A stretch of 64,000 nt of DNA. Origin: Escherichia phage vB_EcoM_G17. Positions 22,124 to 32,223 of the stretch are shown here, piece by piece. Below the pieces are notes generated by a model, which ran no database searches, was not told where the DNA came from, and saw only the letters and a program-made list of their open reading frames with translations. The translations under genes were made by a program, and so were the position numbers. Position 1 is the stretch's first letter; each line of letters begins with the position of its first letter. The stretch lies in the sequence record MK327931.1; one strand, given 5' to 3'.

Positions 22124-22483
22124 TTAATTATTAGAAAGAACAATTTTTGAAACTGGTAAATCTGTATTATTTACACGTTGTTCATTATATCCATTCTGTA
22201 CAAGAATGTCAATAACTTTAGACTTATCAATTGTAAATGATTCTAACATATCATATCGGTAATAACCAATAGTCTGACTGAACTCATATTTTCCTGGCTG
22301 TTGACGACAACACGTATTTGTTTCAGCCATAATCTTATTGATTAGGTAATATGTTTCAGTACTATCAATATTTGGAATATAGATCTTATCATCAAAATGA
22401 ATTACTTCATGTTTATTCATAGAGTGATTCAATCTCCGCTTTAAGAATGGAAATAATCTCTTTCTGAAGGCCAGTAATTTCAC
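22124..22483 (-). CDS. hypothetical protein
   Basis: 119-aa ORF. Confidence 0.45.
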   Translation of the reverse strand: MKLLAFRKRLFPFLKRRLNHSMNKHEVIHFDDKIYIPNIDSTETYYLINKIMAETNTCCRQQPGKYEFSQTIGYYRYDMLESFTIDKSKVIDILVQNGYNEQRVNNTDLPVSKIVLSNN

Positions 22484-22682
22484 TGTTCAAAGATGATAGT
22501 CGCTTCGATAATGCCATGAATTGCTTTGCATCTTCTTTAGAACGGTCATTTCGTACTTTATCAGAACTCCAGTTAGCATATGATTGCTCATCTTTCCTGT
22601 TAAGGATATCCCAGTCTAAACGTACTAGTTTACGTTCTTTCTTCAGTTCGCTTAAGCGAGATTTCATTTCTTCTTTAGTCAT
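22413..22682 (-). CDS. hypothetical coiled-coil protein (start uncertain)
   Basis: 89-aa ORF overlapping downstream gene. Confidence 0.4.
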   Translation of the reverse strand: MTKEEMKSRLSELKKERKLVRLDWDILNRKDEQSYANWSSDKVRNDRSKEDAKQFMALSKRLSSLNSEITGLQKEIISILKAEIESLYE

Positions 22683-22972
22683 TAAATTGTTCCTTTCATG
22701 AAGTCTGGAATAACGATTACGATAGGAGGATTATACTCTACATAACCATTTTTTGTCAATAGACTTTTAATATCTGAAATCACATTATCATGCTGTTCAA
22801 TATCTTTATCACAAAAGATTTCCAATTCTTTCTGAAACGGTTTTTTAACCGAGATGTTTTGAGTCAGTGTTTGGATTCTCTGTAACATATCAATTGGATC
22901 TGGACTGAACTCATTACCAACATAAAGAGTACCAGATGCATCTTTTTCTAGCAAGACTTCTAAAATTTTCAT
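22682..22972 (-). CDS. hypothetical protein
   Basis: 96-aa ORF. Confidence 0.45.
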   Translation of the reverse strand: MKILEVLLEKDASGTLYVGNEFSPDPIDMLQRIQTLTQNISVKKPFQKELEIFCDKDIEQHDNVISDIKSLLTKNGYVEYNPPIVIVIPDFMKGTI

Positions 22973-23805
22973 TTCGTATCCTTCAATTTACTAAAGTTTT
23001 CTCGTGTAAATCCAGGAACTGGAAAATATACATCACAGTCAACATCAGGATTCATAATTACCATGTCATTACATATTATATCACGAATTTTACTGCCGTC
23101 CACGATTTTTTGCATTAAATCATTCCATTTTTTACGAGAAATAACGAATGTACTAATTATACATAAATCATGTCCACGTTTTGAAATATATCCTAGTACT
23201 TCATTATCGTAAACAACACGTATGGTAACTTTTCCAATTGTAACCCCTCTTACTGGATTAATACTAGTATCTTCAAAAATTAATTCTAATTTAAGTTTAC
23301 CATTCGAAATAAGTGATGAAGTATATTTAGAAACCATTTTATCAATTTCTTGAGTTAAATCATCTCTACCTAGATATTCAAATACAGAATAAGTTAATTC
23401 GTCTGCACCTAACTGTTGGATAGTTGGAAGCTGTGCAACCATATCTAAAGATACAGGTTCGATATATATTCTTTCAATATCAGAAGATTGTACAAATAGA
23501 CAACCATCAGGTGTCGTATCTCTAACAATTTCGGCATAATATGTATAAAGATAAAAAACATTAGACTCGGATGAGTCAGTTTCTACCCAAATCTCAGATT
23601 GTTTCATTTCATCTTTATGAAGAATTCGTTGAGTAAATCCTATGTAAAAACCAAGATATAAATCATCATCAGTTTCAAACGGATTAAACATCAAATACGG
23701 ATATTTGTCAAGGTACTCATTGAACTTACGCTGTACATCTCTATCACAATCCATGATATACTTTCGGAATTCAGAAATGATTATTTTTTCTAATGACATA
23801 ATCAA
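22969..23805 (-). CDS. hypothetical protein
   Basis: 278-aa ORF. Confidence 0.55.
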   Translation of the reverse strand: MIMSLEKIIISEFRKYIMDCDRDVQRKFNEYLDKYPYLMFNPFETDDDLYLGFYIGFTQRILHKDEMKQSEIWVETDSSESNVFYLYTYYAEIVRDTTPDGCLFVQSSDIERIYIEPVSLDMVAQLPTIQQLGADELTYSVFEYLGRDDLTQEIDKMVSKYTSSLISNGKLKLELIFEDTSINPVRGVTIGKVTIRVVYDNEVLGYISKRGHDLCIISTFVISRKKWNDLMQKIVDGSKIRDIICNDMVIMNPDVDCDVYFPVPGFTRENFSKLKDTK

Positions 23806-23999
23806 TCCTCAAGATGCATGTAGTACATAAACATCGCCAACCATATAAAAAACCCGAAACAACGAAGTAAAATATCAATTGTTGGATCTGTCCCACCATT
23901 AACTTGGTAAACGATTACTGGGATTAAAGCAATAGTAATAGACACAGCACATAAGATGAATGCAACAAACACCTCAAACATAAACTTAATCGTTTCCAT
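23802..23999 (-). CDS. hypothetical small membrane protein
   Basis: 65-aa ORF with two hydrophobic helices. Confidence 0.45.
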   Translation of the reverse strand: METIKFMFEVFVAFILCAVSITIALIPVIVYQVNGGTDPTIDILLRCFGFFIWLAMFMYYMHLED

Positions 24000-24558
24000 T
24001 ATTATCCTTCAATGTGTAGTGTAGTACATCTAAAAAGTTATACATTGATTCATTACGCATAACCTTGATTGTTAAATTACGACAACCCAACATACGTTTG
24101 AGGCGACGCTTCACCGCAGTTAAATCATGTGTACTATTCGTATACAGACCATTAACCTGACCTGGAACAGTTGGCACATGAAGAATGTAATCATAATTCA
24201 TTAGTAAGCGTTGATTATATTTCTTTAATGCTTGCTTGTATTCTGAAATATTTTCAAAGAATGTACAATAACGGTCGTAACGATTCATTTTATTCAAAAT
24301 TGAAATACGAAAAGCGTTACCACTATTCCAATCATCTTCAGTTGGGTTTGGGTTGATATGTGCCATGTTAGCTGTACTGTACCCACCACTTGTGAAAACT
24401 TCAGAATATCCATTCTCAAAAACATACAATGTTGCTTTGTGGCCTCGGAATTCTTTACGGTACTTTGACAGTACTTGAATGTGATTACGCTTGGACTTGT
24501 ACATCTCGTAACCTTCATAATCTGAACTGAATTCACAAATTTTATCAACACCAGCCAT
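23986..24558 (-). CDS. hypothetical protein
   Basis: 190-aa ORF. Confidence 0.5.
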   Translation of the reverse strand: MAGVDKICEFSSDYEGYEMYKSKRNHIQVLSKYRKEFRGHKATLYVFENGYSEVFTSGGYSTANMAHINPNPTEDDWNSGNAFRISILNKMNRYDRYCTFFENISEYKQALKKYNQRLLMNYDYILHVPTVPGQVNGLYTNSTHDLTAVKRRLKRMLGCRNLTIKVMRNESMYNFLDVLHYTLKDNNGND

Positions 24559-24758
24559 TTCGTATATCCTCGTTTAATTAATATAGGAGTATTATATATA
24601 CTCCATTTTCATGTGTCAAGCTTTATAATACGGAAGACTTTTTACTAAAGATTCAGACGTATTATTTTTTACCCATGTACTACCGTTATCATTAGATACG
24701 TATCCAGTACCATTAATAAATTTACGCATAATACCAGTAAAAATATTAGTATACACCA

Positions 24759-24956
24759 TTACTCAGTATCCTTTGGTTTAGAATGTAAACCATACTTTTC
24801 ATCATAACGATCATAGGTAGTACCATTAGTACTAGCTTTGATGCTTTCAGTACGATTGATTGGTTCAATCTTAACACCACGATAACCAATCTCTTCTTTA
24901 AATTGTTCCCATGATTCACGTAAACTCATTTTAGCCCCTTTTGTTATTTCATACAC
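24759..24956 (-). CDS. hypothetical protein
   Basis: 65-aa ORF. Confidence 0.35.
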   Translation of the reverse strand: MYEITKGAKMSLRESWEQFKEEIGYRGVKIEPINRTESIKASTNGTTYDRYDEKYGLHSKPKDTE

Positions 24957-25089
24957 TCACGTAGGTCAATCTTTTCTACTGACCCACCGAGCACTAGATA
25001 GTGAAAATTAGAATCTTTGTTTGCCATATTCAAAAGATCTGCTTTCTGTTGAAGCGTAAAGCGTGAAGTACTGTTACGTACTGGCATAG

Positions 25090-25533
25090 TTACTCCTTAA
25101 AGTAGATATCACGAATTTGTTTAATCATCTCTAACTCTTGAAGTCCTATCATACCAAAGTCTTCTTGTATTGTCAACTGCTGAAAGTACATTTCCTCTAA
25201 ATTATCATAAGGAATATCCACTAATGATAAAGGAACACGTTCACCACGGTATAGCAGATCTTCAACTAAAAGTTTTAAAATCATGATAGAAAATGAATCT
25301 TTTTGGATATGAAATTTGTAAAATGTCTGGTTAGTACTGAACATTGTATTTGATGGATTGAAACCCATTTCAACAAATACTGTATCTTTATCATTATGTG
25401 TGACATATGTACATCTTGAATTCGCAAGAACTTTAGATTTTGGGAAATAAAAATCACCCATCAACTTCTGTCGTTTCCAATCCTCGTATACAACTGGATG
25501 CTTAACCTTCTTCAATTGGTGCAGTACTGTCAT
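25090..25533 (-). CDS. EE-x-FFQ C-terminal-motif family paralog
   Basis: C-terminal NLEEMYFQQLTIQEDFGMIGLQEL. Confidence 0.55.
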   Translation of the reverse strand: MTVLHQLKKVKHPVVYEDWKRQKLMGDFYFPKSKVLANSRCTYVTHNDKDTVFVEMGFNPSNTMFSTNQTFYKFHIQKDSFSIMILKLLVEDLLYRGERVPLSLVDIPYDNLEEMYFQQLTIQEDFGMIGLQELEMIKQIRDIYFKE

Positions 25534-25913
25534 AGTTTTTTCCAGTCCAATGAATCGAAATCGATTTGCTCAGGATTATCAACAGCGACAACTCGTGCAT
25601 TATGAAGAGTTTCAAAGTAGCCGTTCCACGGTGTTCGTAATGGAACTGTCACATCGCCAACTTTAACCAAGAATGAATATTCTGGTGATATTGGGTCAAA
25701 CCACTCTTTTTGTTTAGCATTTTCAACGATAGTTTCGTGTTCTTTAGTATAGCAATTATCTTGCTTCATATAAAACACCCAATGCTCTTTTAGGCACTGT
25801 AAAGCAGCAACTGCTTCCTCTTTAGAAGACCATTGAATATCAATTGTATTAAGAACGTCATAACAATTTTCAGTGTCCCCTGTAGTATAATGTACTTCAA
25901 TGCTGTATTTCAT
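25530..25913 (-). CDS. hypothetical protein
   Basis: 127-aa ORF. Confidence 0.5.
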   Translation of the reverse strand: MKYSIEVHYTTGDTENCYDVLNTIDIQWSSKEEAVAALQCLKEHWVFYMKQDNCYTKEHETIVENAKQKEWFDPISPEYSFLVKVGDVTVPLRTPWNGYFETLHNARVVAVDNPEQIDFDSLDWKKL

Positions 25914-26368
25914 TAATCATCGCCTTTTAGTAATTTACAAATTTCAATCATATGATAATAACATGTATTCCAAAATTGTCCATTAGTACTTCCAACATCA
26001 TGCACAGTACTTTGCTGGAACACATATTCATCGTTGAACATCATTTTAATATCATCAATGTAAAATTCTGGTTTTGAATCATTATTGTATTCAATACTCG
26101 TTTCACCATCTGGATCAAGTGAAATTGATGATATGTCGTGAATTCCTCTCGGATTTGTTGGATAAATTCTCAACGTAAGAGGATAGAAGTCTGGATCGGT
26201 TTCATAGGTATATTCGATTATGTAATAACCATCACCAGTAATTGATTGATATTTAAATGTAGTTTCAATTGAATTTGAGATGTTATATCCCAGTTTCTTT
26301 ATCTCATGTAGATGTGATAATATTTTATGTAAAGATCCTAAAACATGAATCAAATTATCAATTTTCAT
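25913..26368 (-). CDS. EE-x-FFQ C-terminal-motif family paralog
   Basis: C-terminal FNDEYVFQQSTVHDVGS. Confidence 0.55.
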   Translation of the reverse strand: MKIDNLIHVLGSLHKILSHLHEIKKLGYNISNSIETTFKYQSITGDGYYIIEYTYETDPDFYPLTLRIYPTNPRGIHDISSISLDPDGETSIEYNNDSKPEFYIDDIKMMFNDEYVFQQSTVHDVGSTNGQFWNTCYYHMIEICKLLKGDD

Positions 26369-26907
26369 TTACGATCCTTTGAAAAGTTCAGTTTAAAAGT
26401 TTTACCAAATTCCATTGTAGCTTTACCCAGATTGTTAATATTTTCTTTCAACATTTCTTGCATCTTCCTAATACTTTCAATCCAGGCTTCTTCTTCGATA
26501 CGAAGAATTGGTCGCAATCGTTCCTGAATATCGTTAAAACGTGTATTGAGTTCAACCAATGATTCATATGTGAAATCTTTCATATCGATAATAGTACTTC
26601 TTTGAAAGAATTCTTCTTCAGACAAATTACTTAAAATGATTTTATCACGACCAATAGATAATGTCAATTCATCATCTTTATTTTTTTTAATTACAATACT
26701 AATAGGTGTTTTTAATGTAATACAAATATCATGATTATTAAATGTTTCAGTTTGGTTTGACATTCTGAATTGAAGTTTCCCAGATAAAGCATGTACTGGT
26801 GATGGTTTCTTTTTACCAGTAATAACATCTTCCCATGAATCGAGAATATTATTAATAATTTTAACATAAGGAATTGGCATATATGCACCTATGAAAAATC
26901 CACGCAA
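26365..26907 (-). CDS. EE-x-FFQ motif family paralog with C-terminal extension
   Basis: LSEEEFFQRSTIIDMKDFTYESL followed by about 50 extra residues. Confidence 0.55.
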   Translation of the reverse strand: MRGFFIGAYMPIPYVKIINNILDSWEDVITGKKKPSPVHALSGKLQFRMSNQTETFNNHDICITLKTPISIVIKKNKDDELTLSIGRDKIILSNLSEEEFFQRSTIIDMKDFTYESLVELNTRFNDIQERLRPILRIEEEAWIESIRKMQEMLKENINNLGKATMEFGKTFKLNFSKDRK

Positions 26908-26922
26908 TGCGTGGATTTGTAA

Positions 26923-27453
26923 TTATTCAAGTATAGTAATTTCAATTAAACGAATTTCGATAAACTCGTTTTCAGTTTCCCATGACGTGCCAAATTTCTT
27001 TTCAAGTTCAGATTTCACATCACTTTTAAATTTTCCCATAGTATTAGGAATAATTTGTTTGGTTAATTTGTCGTAACCACAATAAAACATAGGTTTCTCC
27101 CTTCGAGATATTAGCTGAACAAAATCTTTTGGATATGCAGGTATGTTATGCATCACTTCATGAATACACTCAGTACTTGAATCTTGTACTTTGTACATTA
27201 CATTAAGTTTACCTCTGAAATTTGCGGTCATATCAACAATAGTTCCTTTACCCGATTTAAGTAAAGTTCCATTCTTTGAATGAGAGCAATAAAATACCTC
27301 ATCACCAATATTAGGATAATACAAATTAAATTCTAATTCAGATTTTACAGCCAGCCGTTTGAAACTTTCTGTACGTTTTATATAAGTTTGGTATTTGTTT
27401 ATGTTCAAAAGAATATCTCTCTTAGTAAATGTGATATAACTGGCATAGTCCAT
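26923..27453 (-). CDS. hypothetical protein
   Basis: 176-aa ORF directly downstream of the methyltransferase. Confidence 0.5.
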   Translation of the reverse strand: MDYASYITFTKRDILLNINKYQTYIKRTESFKRLAVKSELEFNLYYPNIGDEVFYCSHSKNGTLLKSGKGTIVDMTANFRGKLNVMYKVQDSSTECIHEVMHNIPAYPKDFVQLISRREKPMFYCGYDKLTKQIIPNTMGKFKSDVKSELEKKFGTSWETENEFIEIRLIEITILE

Positions 27454-28265
27454 CCATTCCCAAGCATTTTGTATGCTTGTGTCTTACTAGACACTTTAAA
27501 GAAATCTTCAGGAACACCCTGTAATTTACAACATTCTACTACACTTAAGTGTCTATAGTCAATATTTCTTTTGCCATTCTCTAATAGATATTGACGACTG
27601 ATCACTGGGTCACGAAACACCAATTGTCGTCTGGATTTATTAAAGTACTGGTTACAATCACCACCTTTAAAATAGTTAGCATCTATACAGTACGAAGCGG
27701 TTCTGTCAGTGTACCAACCATCTTCAATAATATCTTGAAGTTTAGGTGCATTGGATAATGCAGGTGGTATAAAAAGCTTATCAGTACTGTACCAGTAATA
27801 TCTCTGCCTGAAGTGAGGCGTATAATGCTGGGAGTTTATCAGTACTGGCGTGATTCCTAAAATACTATTAATGTATTCTTTGAAATCTTCCTTCATTTTA
27901 ACATTTTCAAACAGAAATTTCAAGTTAGGATTGAGACTTTTGATATGATCAAAAATTTCAACCATTACTAAAAATAACTGCCCACGTATATCATTTAAAC
28001 CACCCTGTTTACCTGCAACTGACCAGGCTTGACATGGGAAACCACCCATTAATAAATCTATTTTATCCCACTCAATATCCCATTCTCTCCACTTAGTTAC
28101 ATCACCCAATTGGATAATATCAGGAAAGTTAGCTTGAGATTCAGCTATTGCGTACTTGTCAATTTCGGATGAATAATATTTTTCAACTGGGATACCAGCA
28201 TCTTGCAATGCCATATATCCCACACTCATTCCATTAAAAAGAGAAAGTACTCGGATAGGTTTCAT
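27405..28265 (-). CDS. DNA (cytosine-5)-methyltransferase
   Basis: C5-MTase motifs: LFNGMSVG (I), GGFPCQAWSVAGKQ (IV, PCQ), FLFENVKM (VI, ENV), RQRYYW (VIII), GNGWTMPVISHLL (X). Confidence 0.8.
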   Translation of the reverse strand: MKPIRVLSLFNGMSVGYMALQDAGIPVEKYYSSEIDKYAIAESQANFPDIIQLGDVTKWREWDIEWDKIDLLMGGFPCQAWSVAGKQGGLNDIRGQLFLVMVEIFDHIKSLNPNLKFLFENVKMKEDFKEYINSILGITPVLINSQHYTPHFRQRYYWYSTDKLFIPPALSNAPKLQDIIEDGWYTDRTASYCIDANYFKGGDCNQYFNKSRRQLVFRDPVISRQYLLENGKRNIDYRHLSVVECCKLQGVPEDFFKVSSKTQAYKMLGNGWTMPVISHLLREIFF

Positions 28266-28317
28266 ATAAAATCCTTTTTATATTGTTAAGGTACTATAAT
28301 ATATTATAGCATCTTAT

Positions 28318-28608
28318 TTAGAAATCTTCCAAACTTTTTTCATCACACCATCGTGATGTACAGATGATTGCAGATGCCAGAATTGAAGCACTTGCACGTC
28401 CTCCACCAAGTAAGTACTGGCTAATTACACCAATCATATTGAACACTTTATCATACTCGGTTAGTTGTTCAAAACCTTTCTTCCAATGCTGATATTCTTC
28501 TTCTGTGACATTAAACTCACCATCAAGTTCCTTTAAAATCTTTTTAAGCACAGCACTATGTTCACTCATCATCATCTCCATATCGTTCGTCATAAAAATC
28601 ATCATCAC
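28318..28608 (-). CDS. hypothetical protein
   Basis: 96-aa ORF. Confidence 0.45.
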   Translation of the reverse strand: MMMIFMTNDMEMMMSEHSAVLKKILKELDGEFNVTEEEYQHWKKGFEQLTEYDKVFNMIGVISQYLLGGGRASASILASAIICTSRWCDEKSLEDF

Positions 28609-28647
28609 GATCTAATGGTTCTTTTGGCTTTTCAGACATATATTTCC

Positions 28648-28908
28648 TCACATGGTAAAGGTATTATCACCATCCATATCTTCATCAGTTGCTTCAGCTA
28701 ATGTCTTGATTGTAAGTAATCCACGCTTCACGTACAACATGAAGACCTTTTCATAATTACCAAACATAATCTCAGGTGACATGTAATTCTCTGTTACAAT
28801 GACGATTGGACGGCCCTGTGAAAGCATACGAAACATAGTACGATATTTGTCAAATGTACGAAATTCATCCATGTTCATCATGTGGCGTTTACGAACTACT
28901 TTAGTCAT
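28648..28908 (-). CDS. hypothetical protein
   Basis: 86-aa ORF. Confidence 0.45.
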   Translation of the reverse strand: MTKVVRKRHMMNMDEFRTFDKYRTMFRMLSQGRPIVIVTENYMSPEIMFGNYEKVFMLYVKRGLLTIKTLAEATDEDMDGDNTFTM

Positions 28909-28922
28909 CTTATTACCTTTAG

Positions 28923-29363
28923 TTAATTGAACTCTACTTCTGGATAATGATTATAGAACATCTCACGAACTGCGTCAAGATGTTCTTGAAATTGTTTTAT
29001 ATCTTCTAATGATGGTGCATCAATAACAGTACTAAGTTGAAACAACGATTCTTCTGTGTTATATAGTGACATATCAAATGAGTTATTGTTGTCATCAGTT
29101 ATGATATTATCACAAATTTCGTAAGTGTCAATACAAACATCATCAAGTGTTGTATTATCATATACAGTGTATACGAATACAAAAATAAAAGAAGAATGTT
29201 CTTTACCATAACGCGGTGGGTCATATGTCACATAGCATTTGTGGTCAAATGTATCGAGTTCCATAGACACCACCCCAGCTTCACGATATTCATTAGTTTC
29301 ACTGGTAAGATCCGGTATTGATGTTATCGAAAGTAAGTGGAGAAATTTACTTGGATTTAGCAT
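28923..29363 (-). CDS. EE-x-FFQ C-terminal-motif family paralog
   Basis: YNTEESLFQLSTVIDAPSLEDI. Confidence 0.55.
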   Translation of the reverse strand: MLNPSKFLHLLSITSIPDLTSETNEYREAGVVSMELDTFDHKCYVTYDPPRYGKEHSSFIFVFVYTVYDNTTLDDVCIDTYEICDNIITDDNNNSFDMSLYNTEESLFQLSTVIDAPSLEDIKQFQEHLDAVREMFYNHYPEVEFN

Positions 29364-29818
29364 TTCACCACCATTGGATTTTGCGACTGTATATTAAAAA
29401 GGGATAATACAAAAGTACTCAATTTTTCGAAACAATCTACTAATACATTTAACTCATCATAACTAACACCAATTTCACGAATAAGCGATTGTTGAAAGAA
29501 TCCTTCTTCGGTTAACGTTAAACTACTAACCTCAGTTATGTTATAATAACTGTGGGATGTTGTGGTTGATATTAGTTGTATTGCAATCGTATCTGATGTT
29601 GTGTTGTACAGATATAAATATTTTGTTTTTCTTTCCAATGGATCTATACATGAAAGATCGATCATGTCATAGGTTTTTCCAATAAAAATATTACAATCAT
29701 CTGACAATTCACAACAAATGCGTATATGTTCTTTCGGGTCATGAACACGTTGTGTGTCAAATTCACATGACATTGCAATTTCAAAATGATTTTTTATTTC
29801 GTCAACATTCATCTGCAC
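29357..29818 (-). CDS. EE-x-FFQ C-terminal-motif family paralog
   Basis: LTEEGFFQQSLIREIGVSYDEL. Confidence 0.55.
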   Translation of the reverse strand: MQMNVDEIKNHFEIAMSCEFDTQRVHDPKEHIRICCELSDDCNIFIGKTYDMIDLSCIDPLERKTKYLYLYNTTSDTIAIQLISTTTSHSYYNITEVSSLTLTEEGFFQQSLIREIGVSYDELNVLVDCFEKLSTFVLSLFNIQSQNPMVVKC

Positions 29819-30186
29819 CCACCATTAATTCTTATATTTGTATAGTTTAATGCTTTTTTAATAATACCAATTTCTGTAATTCCTATTACATTTTTCTCAA
29901 TCAATGACAATTGGAATAGTTCCTCTTCGGAAATATCAATACTGTGGATTCTTGTACAATAATCGTTGAAGTCATATACATATCGTATTGTATAGTCGTT
30001 TATAGAAACTGATACAATTGCAATCCCATCATGGATGTAAGTTAGTTCATTTGAGTATCTATTAAAAATTAACCTATCTGGTGAACCTATTGGTAGTTGA
30101 AATGTATTTCTAGTATCTTGAACAATAACAAAATCATCATCTATATTTCTACTCAGAACACCCAAAATATCATATATAGTAGTCAT
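29809..30186 (-). CDS. EE-x-FFQ C-terminal-motif family paralog
   Basis: ISEEELFQLSLIEKNVIGITEI. Confidence 0.55.
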   Translation of the reverse strand: MTTIYDILGVLSRNIDDDFVIVQDTRNTFQLPIGSPDRLIFNRYSNELTYIHDGIAIVSVSINDYTIRYVYDFNDYCTRIHSIDISEEELFQLSLIEKNVIGITEIGIIKKALNYTNIRINGGCR

Positions 30187-30187
30187 G

Positions 30188-30592
30188 TTATTCTTTACCT
30201 TCAGCAGTTCTGATAATTTTCATAACTTCTCTGGATAGTGCGTATATTTTTTTATAGTACTCAAATGTAACTGAACCAAAATCATTAATAGTACTAGCCA
30301 TGAAGAACGATTCTTCTGTATATAGTTCATTTGACAAAGCAACCAGTTCTTGGTGAAATTTTGCGTCCTTCCAATAACGAAATTCAAAAACAAATTGTCC
30401 GTCATGACCGACTCTACAACATTCAGAACGATCACTGTCTACACAGCTAAACACAATATCCCTTTCAGAGTCGTACCAGATATTTCCAATATTTGTTTCA
30501 ATAACAGCATAATCAATTTTTTTAGAATTTGGAATTAAACCTTTTTTCACCAGCACTAAACTGGTATTATCAATATCTAGTAAACTTACCAT
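30188..30592 (-). CDS. EE-x-FFQ C-terminal-motif family paralog
   Basis: YTEESFFMASTINDFGSVTFEY. Confidence 0.55.
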   Translation of the reverse strand: MVSLLDIDNTSLVLVKKGLIPNSKKIDYAVIETNIGNIWYDSERDIVFSCVDSDRSECCRVGHDGQFVFEFRYWKDAKFHQELVALSNELYTEESFFMASTINDFGSVTFEYYKKIYALSREVMKIIRTAEGKE

Positions 30593-30593
30593 A

Positions 30594-31004
30594 TCAATTC
30601 CCCATTACTAAAGTGTTTTTAATCTCCAACAATTCACTATACATATTCTTCAATTGTAATATATCTTCAAAAGTAATACCACCAAGATCATCAACTAATG
30701 AACGTTGGAATAAAGATTCACTTGTTTGTAATGTATCTAAATCGGTGATTTTTAATAAAGAACTTGGATTAAGTGTTTCGACTAGTAGTATGTTTTTGTA
30801 TGGTACATATGTGATCTTGATGTTCTTTTTATAATTAATCTTATAAAATCGCATAATTGACGATTCATCACTTAGTTGGATAATTGGGTCGTCTTGATCA
30901 TTAGACCACCATACAGTACTAGTCATATGATTGACGTGGTGGTTCAATTCTGATATGTCCAAATCTAAAAAATATTTTAGTTCATTGTGTAAATCTAAAC
31001 TCAT
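30594..31004 (-). CDS. EE-x-FFQ C-terminal-motif family paralog
   Basis: QTSESLFQRSLVDDLGGITFEDI. Confidence 0.55.
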   Translation of the reverse strand: MSLDLHNELKYFLDLDISELNHHVNHMTSTVWWSNDQDDPIIQLSDESSIMRFYKINYKKNIKITYVPYKNILLVETLNPSSLLKITDLDTLQTSESLFQRSLVDDLGGITFEDILQLKNMYSELLEIKNTLVMGN

Positions 31005-31059
31005 AAATTTATCCTCAATGCAGCATCATCATGTATTGTAGGATAAACCCACAATAATG

Positions 31060-31455
31060 TCAAGATGTGAAATAATTATACCAGTAATATAGTTCTTTTA
31101 ATTCTTCAGTACTGAACAATACTTCTTCTATTGTAGATTGTTGAAAGTGATATTCATCATTTAGATACATAGAAATATTACTATATACTTTCCTATTGTA
31201 TTGACATAAAAAAGAAGTTTTTTGATTAATGTATTCCGTAAATGTTAATTTATCTAACTCAATATCGAATGATAATTTAATAATATGACTATTATCATTT
31301 ACATACATTAGTTTCTTTGAAAAATGATCAATTGTAATATATTCTTTATGAGAGAACTGAAATATATTATTAAATTTATTACCATTTGTGCTTCTAAATT
31401 TTTCAAGGTAATAAGAAAGTGGTTTAATTATTGAAGTTCCAATATTGTTCTTCAT
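31060..31455 (-). CDS. EE-x-FFQ C-terminal-motif family paralog
   Basis: LNDEYHFQQSTIEEVLFSTEEL. Confidence 0.55.
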   Translation of the reverse strand: MKNNIGTSIIKPLSYYLEKFRSTNGNKFNNIFQFSHKEYITIDHFSKKLMYVNDNSHIIKLSFDIELDKLTFTEYINQKTSFLCQYNRKVYSNISMYLNDEYHFQQSTIEEVLFSTEELKELYYWYNYFTS

Positions 31456-31474
31456 ATATCCTCAATTTTAGATA

Positions 31475-31500
31475 AGAAAAATGCCCCGAAGATCGGGGCA
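31475..31500 (-). terminator. rho-independent terminator
   Basis: Minus strand GCCCCGA-TCT-TCGGGGC hairpin followed by a T-run, downstream of 31619..32170. Confidence 0.45.
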
Positions 31501-31618
31501 GTACTAAAATGATTTTGTACCAAAAGGGGAATAAGAACAAAATGAAAATATAATAACGCATCATTATTATGATGTAAGGGAGGAAAGTAACATGATATGT
31601 TAACCATTTCTGGTATAT

Positions 31619-32170
31619 TTATTTATCATTTAATTCTTTAAGTTGGGTTTGTATATCTTTAGTTATATTTCGAATTTTCTTAAAGCAATAAACACTATCG
31701 TCCAATTCGATTTTAAGTTCATGTGTAAATGCATACAGAAGTTCAGCAAATACTAAATCTTGACGCATCCAGTTTCCATCTTTATATAAAGTCATTACAC
31801 AATATGGGCATTCACTATTAGAAGTTTGCTTTCCAATAAAAACACTTTGAATTGATTCATGCTTAAAGCCAATAAAACTTTCATTTATTTTTTTAATTTC
31901 AGTACTGATATCGAATTTAGCACTGGTGTTGATTGCAAAAATTTTATTCCCACTTTCATCAGTATTGATATTGAGTTCAATATCACTACCTAGTTTACGT
32001 ACTGCTAGAGTATAAAGAAGTAATTCATACATGTCGTAACTTGTTACATTACCATTTGGTGCAATTACATCAACACTAACACCGTGCATTTTTACTTCTG
32101 TATTAAATCCATCTTTATCAGAAAGAAAATCAGTGATTTGCTTTGTAAGGATTTTAATTTGGTCTATCAT
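31619..32170 (-). CDS. hypothetical protein
   Basis: 183-aa ORF. Confidence 0.5.
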   Translation of the reverse strand: MIDQIKILTKQITDFLSDKDGFNTEVKMHGVSVDVIAPNGNVTSYDMYELLLYTLAVRKLGSDIELNINTDESGNKIFAINTSAKFDISTEIKKINESFIGFKHESIQSVFIGKQTSNSECPYCVMTLYKDGNWMRQDLVFAELLYAFTHELKIELDDSVYCFKKIRNITKDIQTQLKELNDK

Positions 32171-32223
32171 ATTTCATTTCCTTATGTGATAAAAGCCTCC
32201 ATAATGGAGGCTTTTGTATTTAC

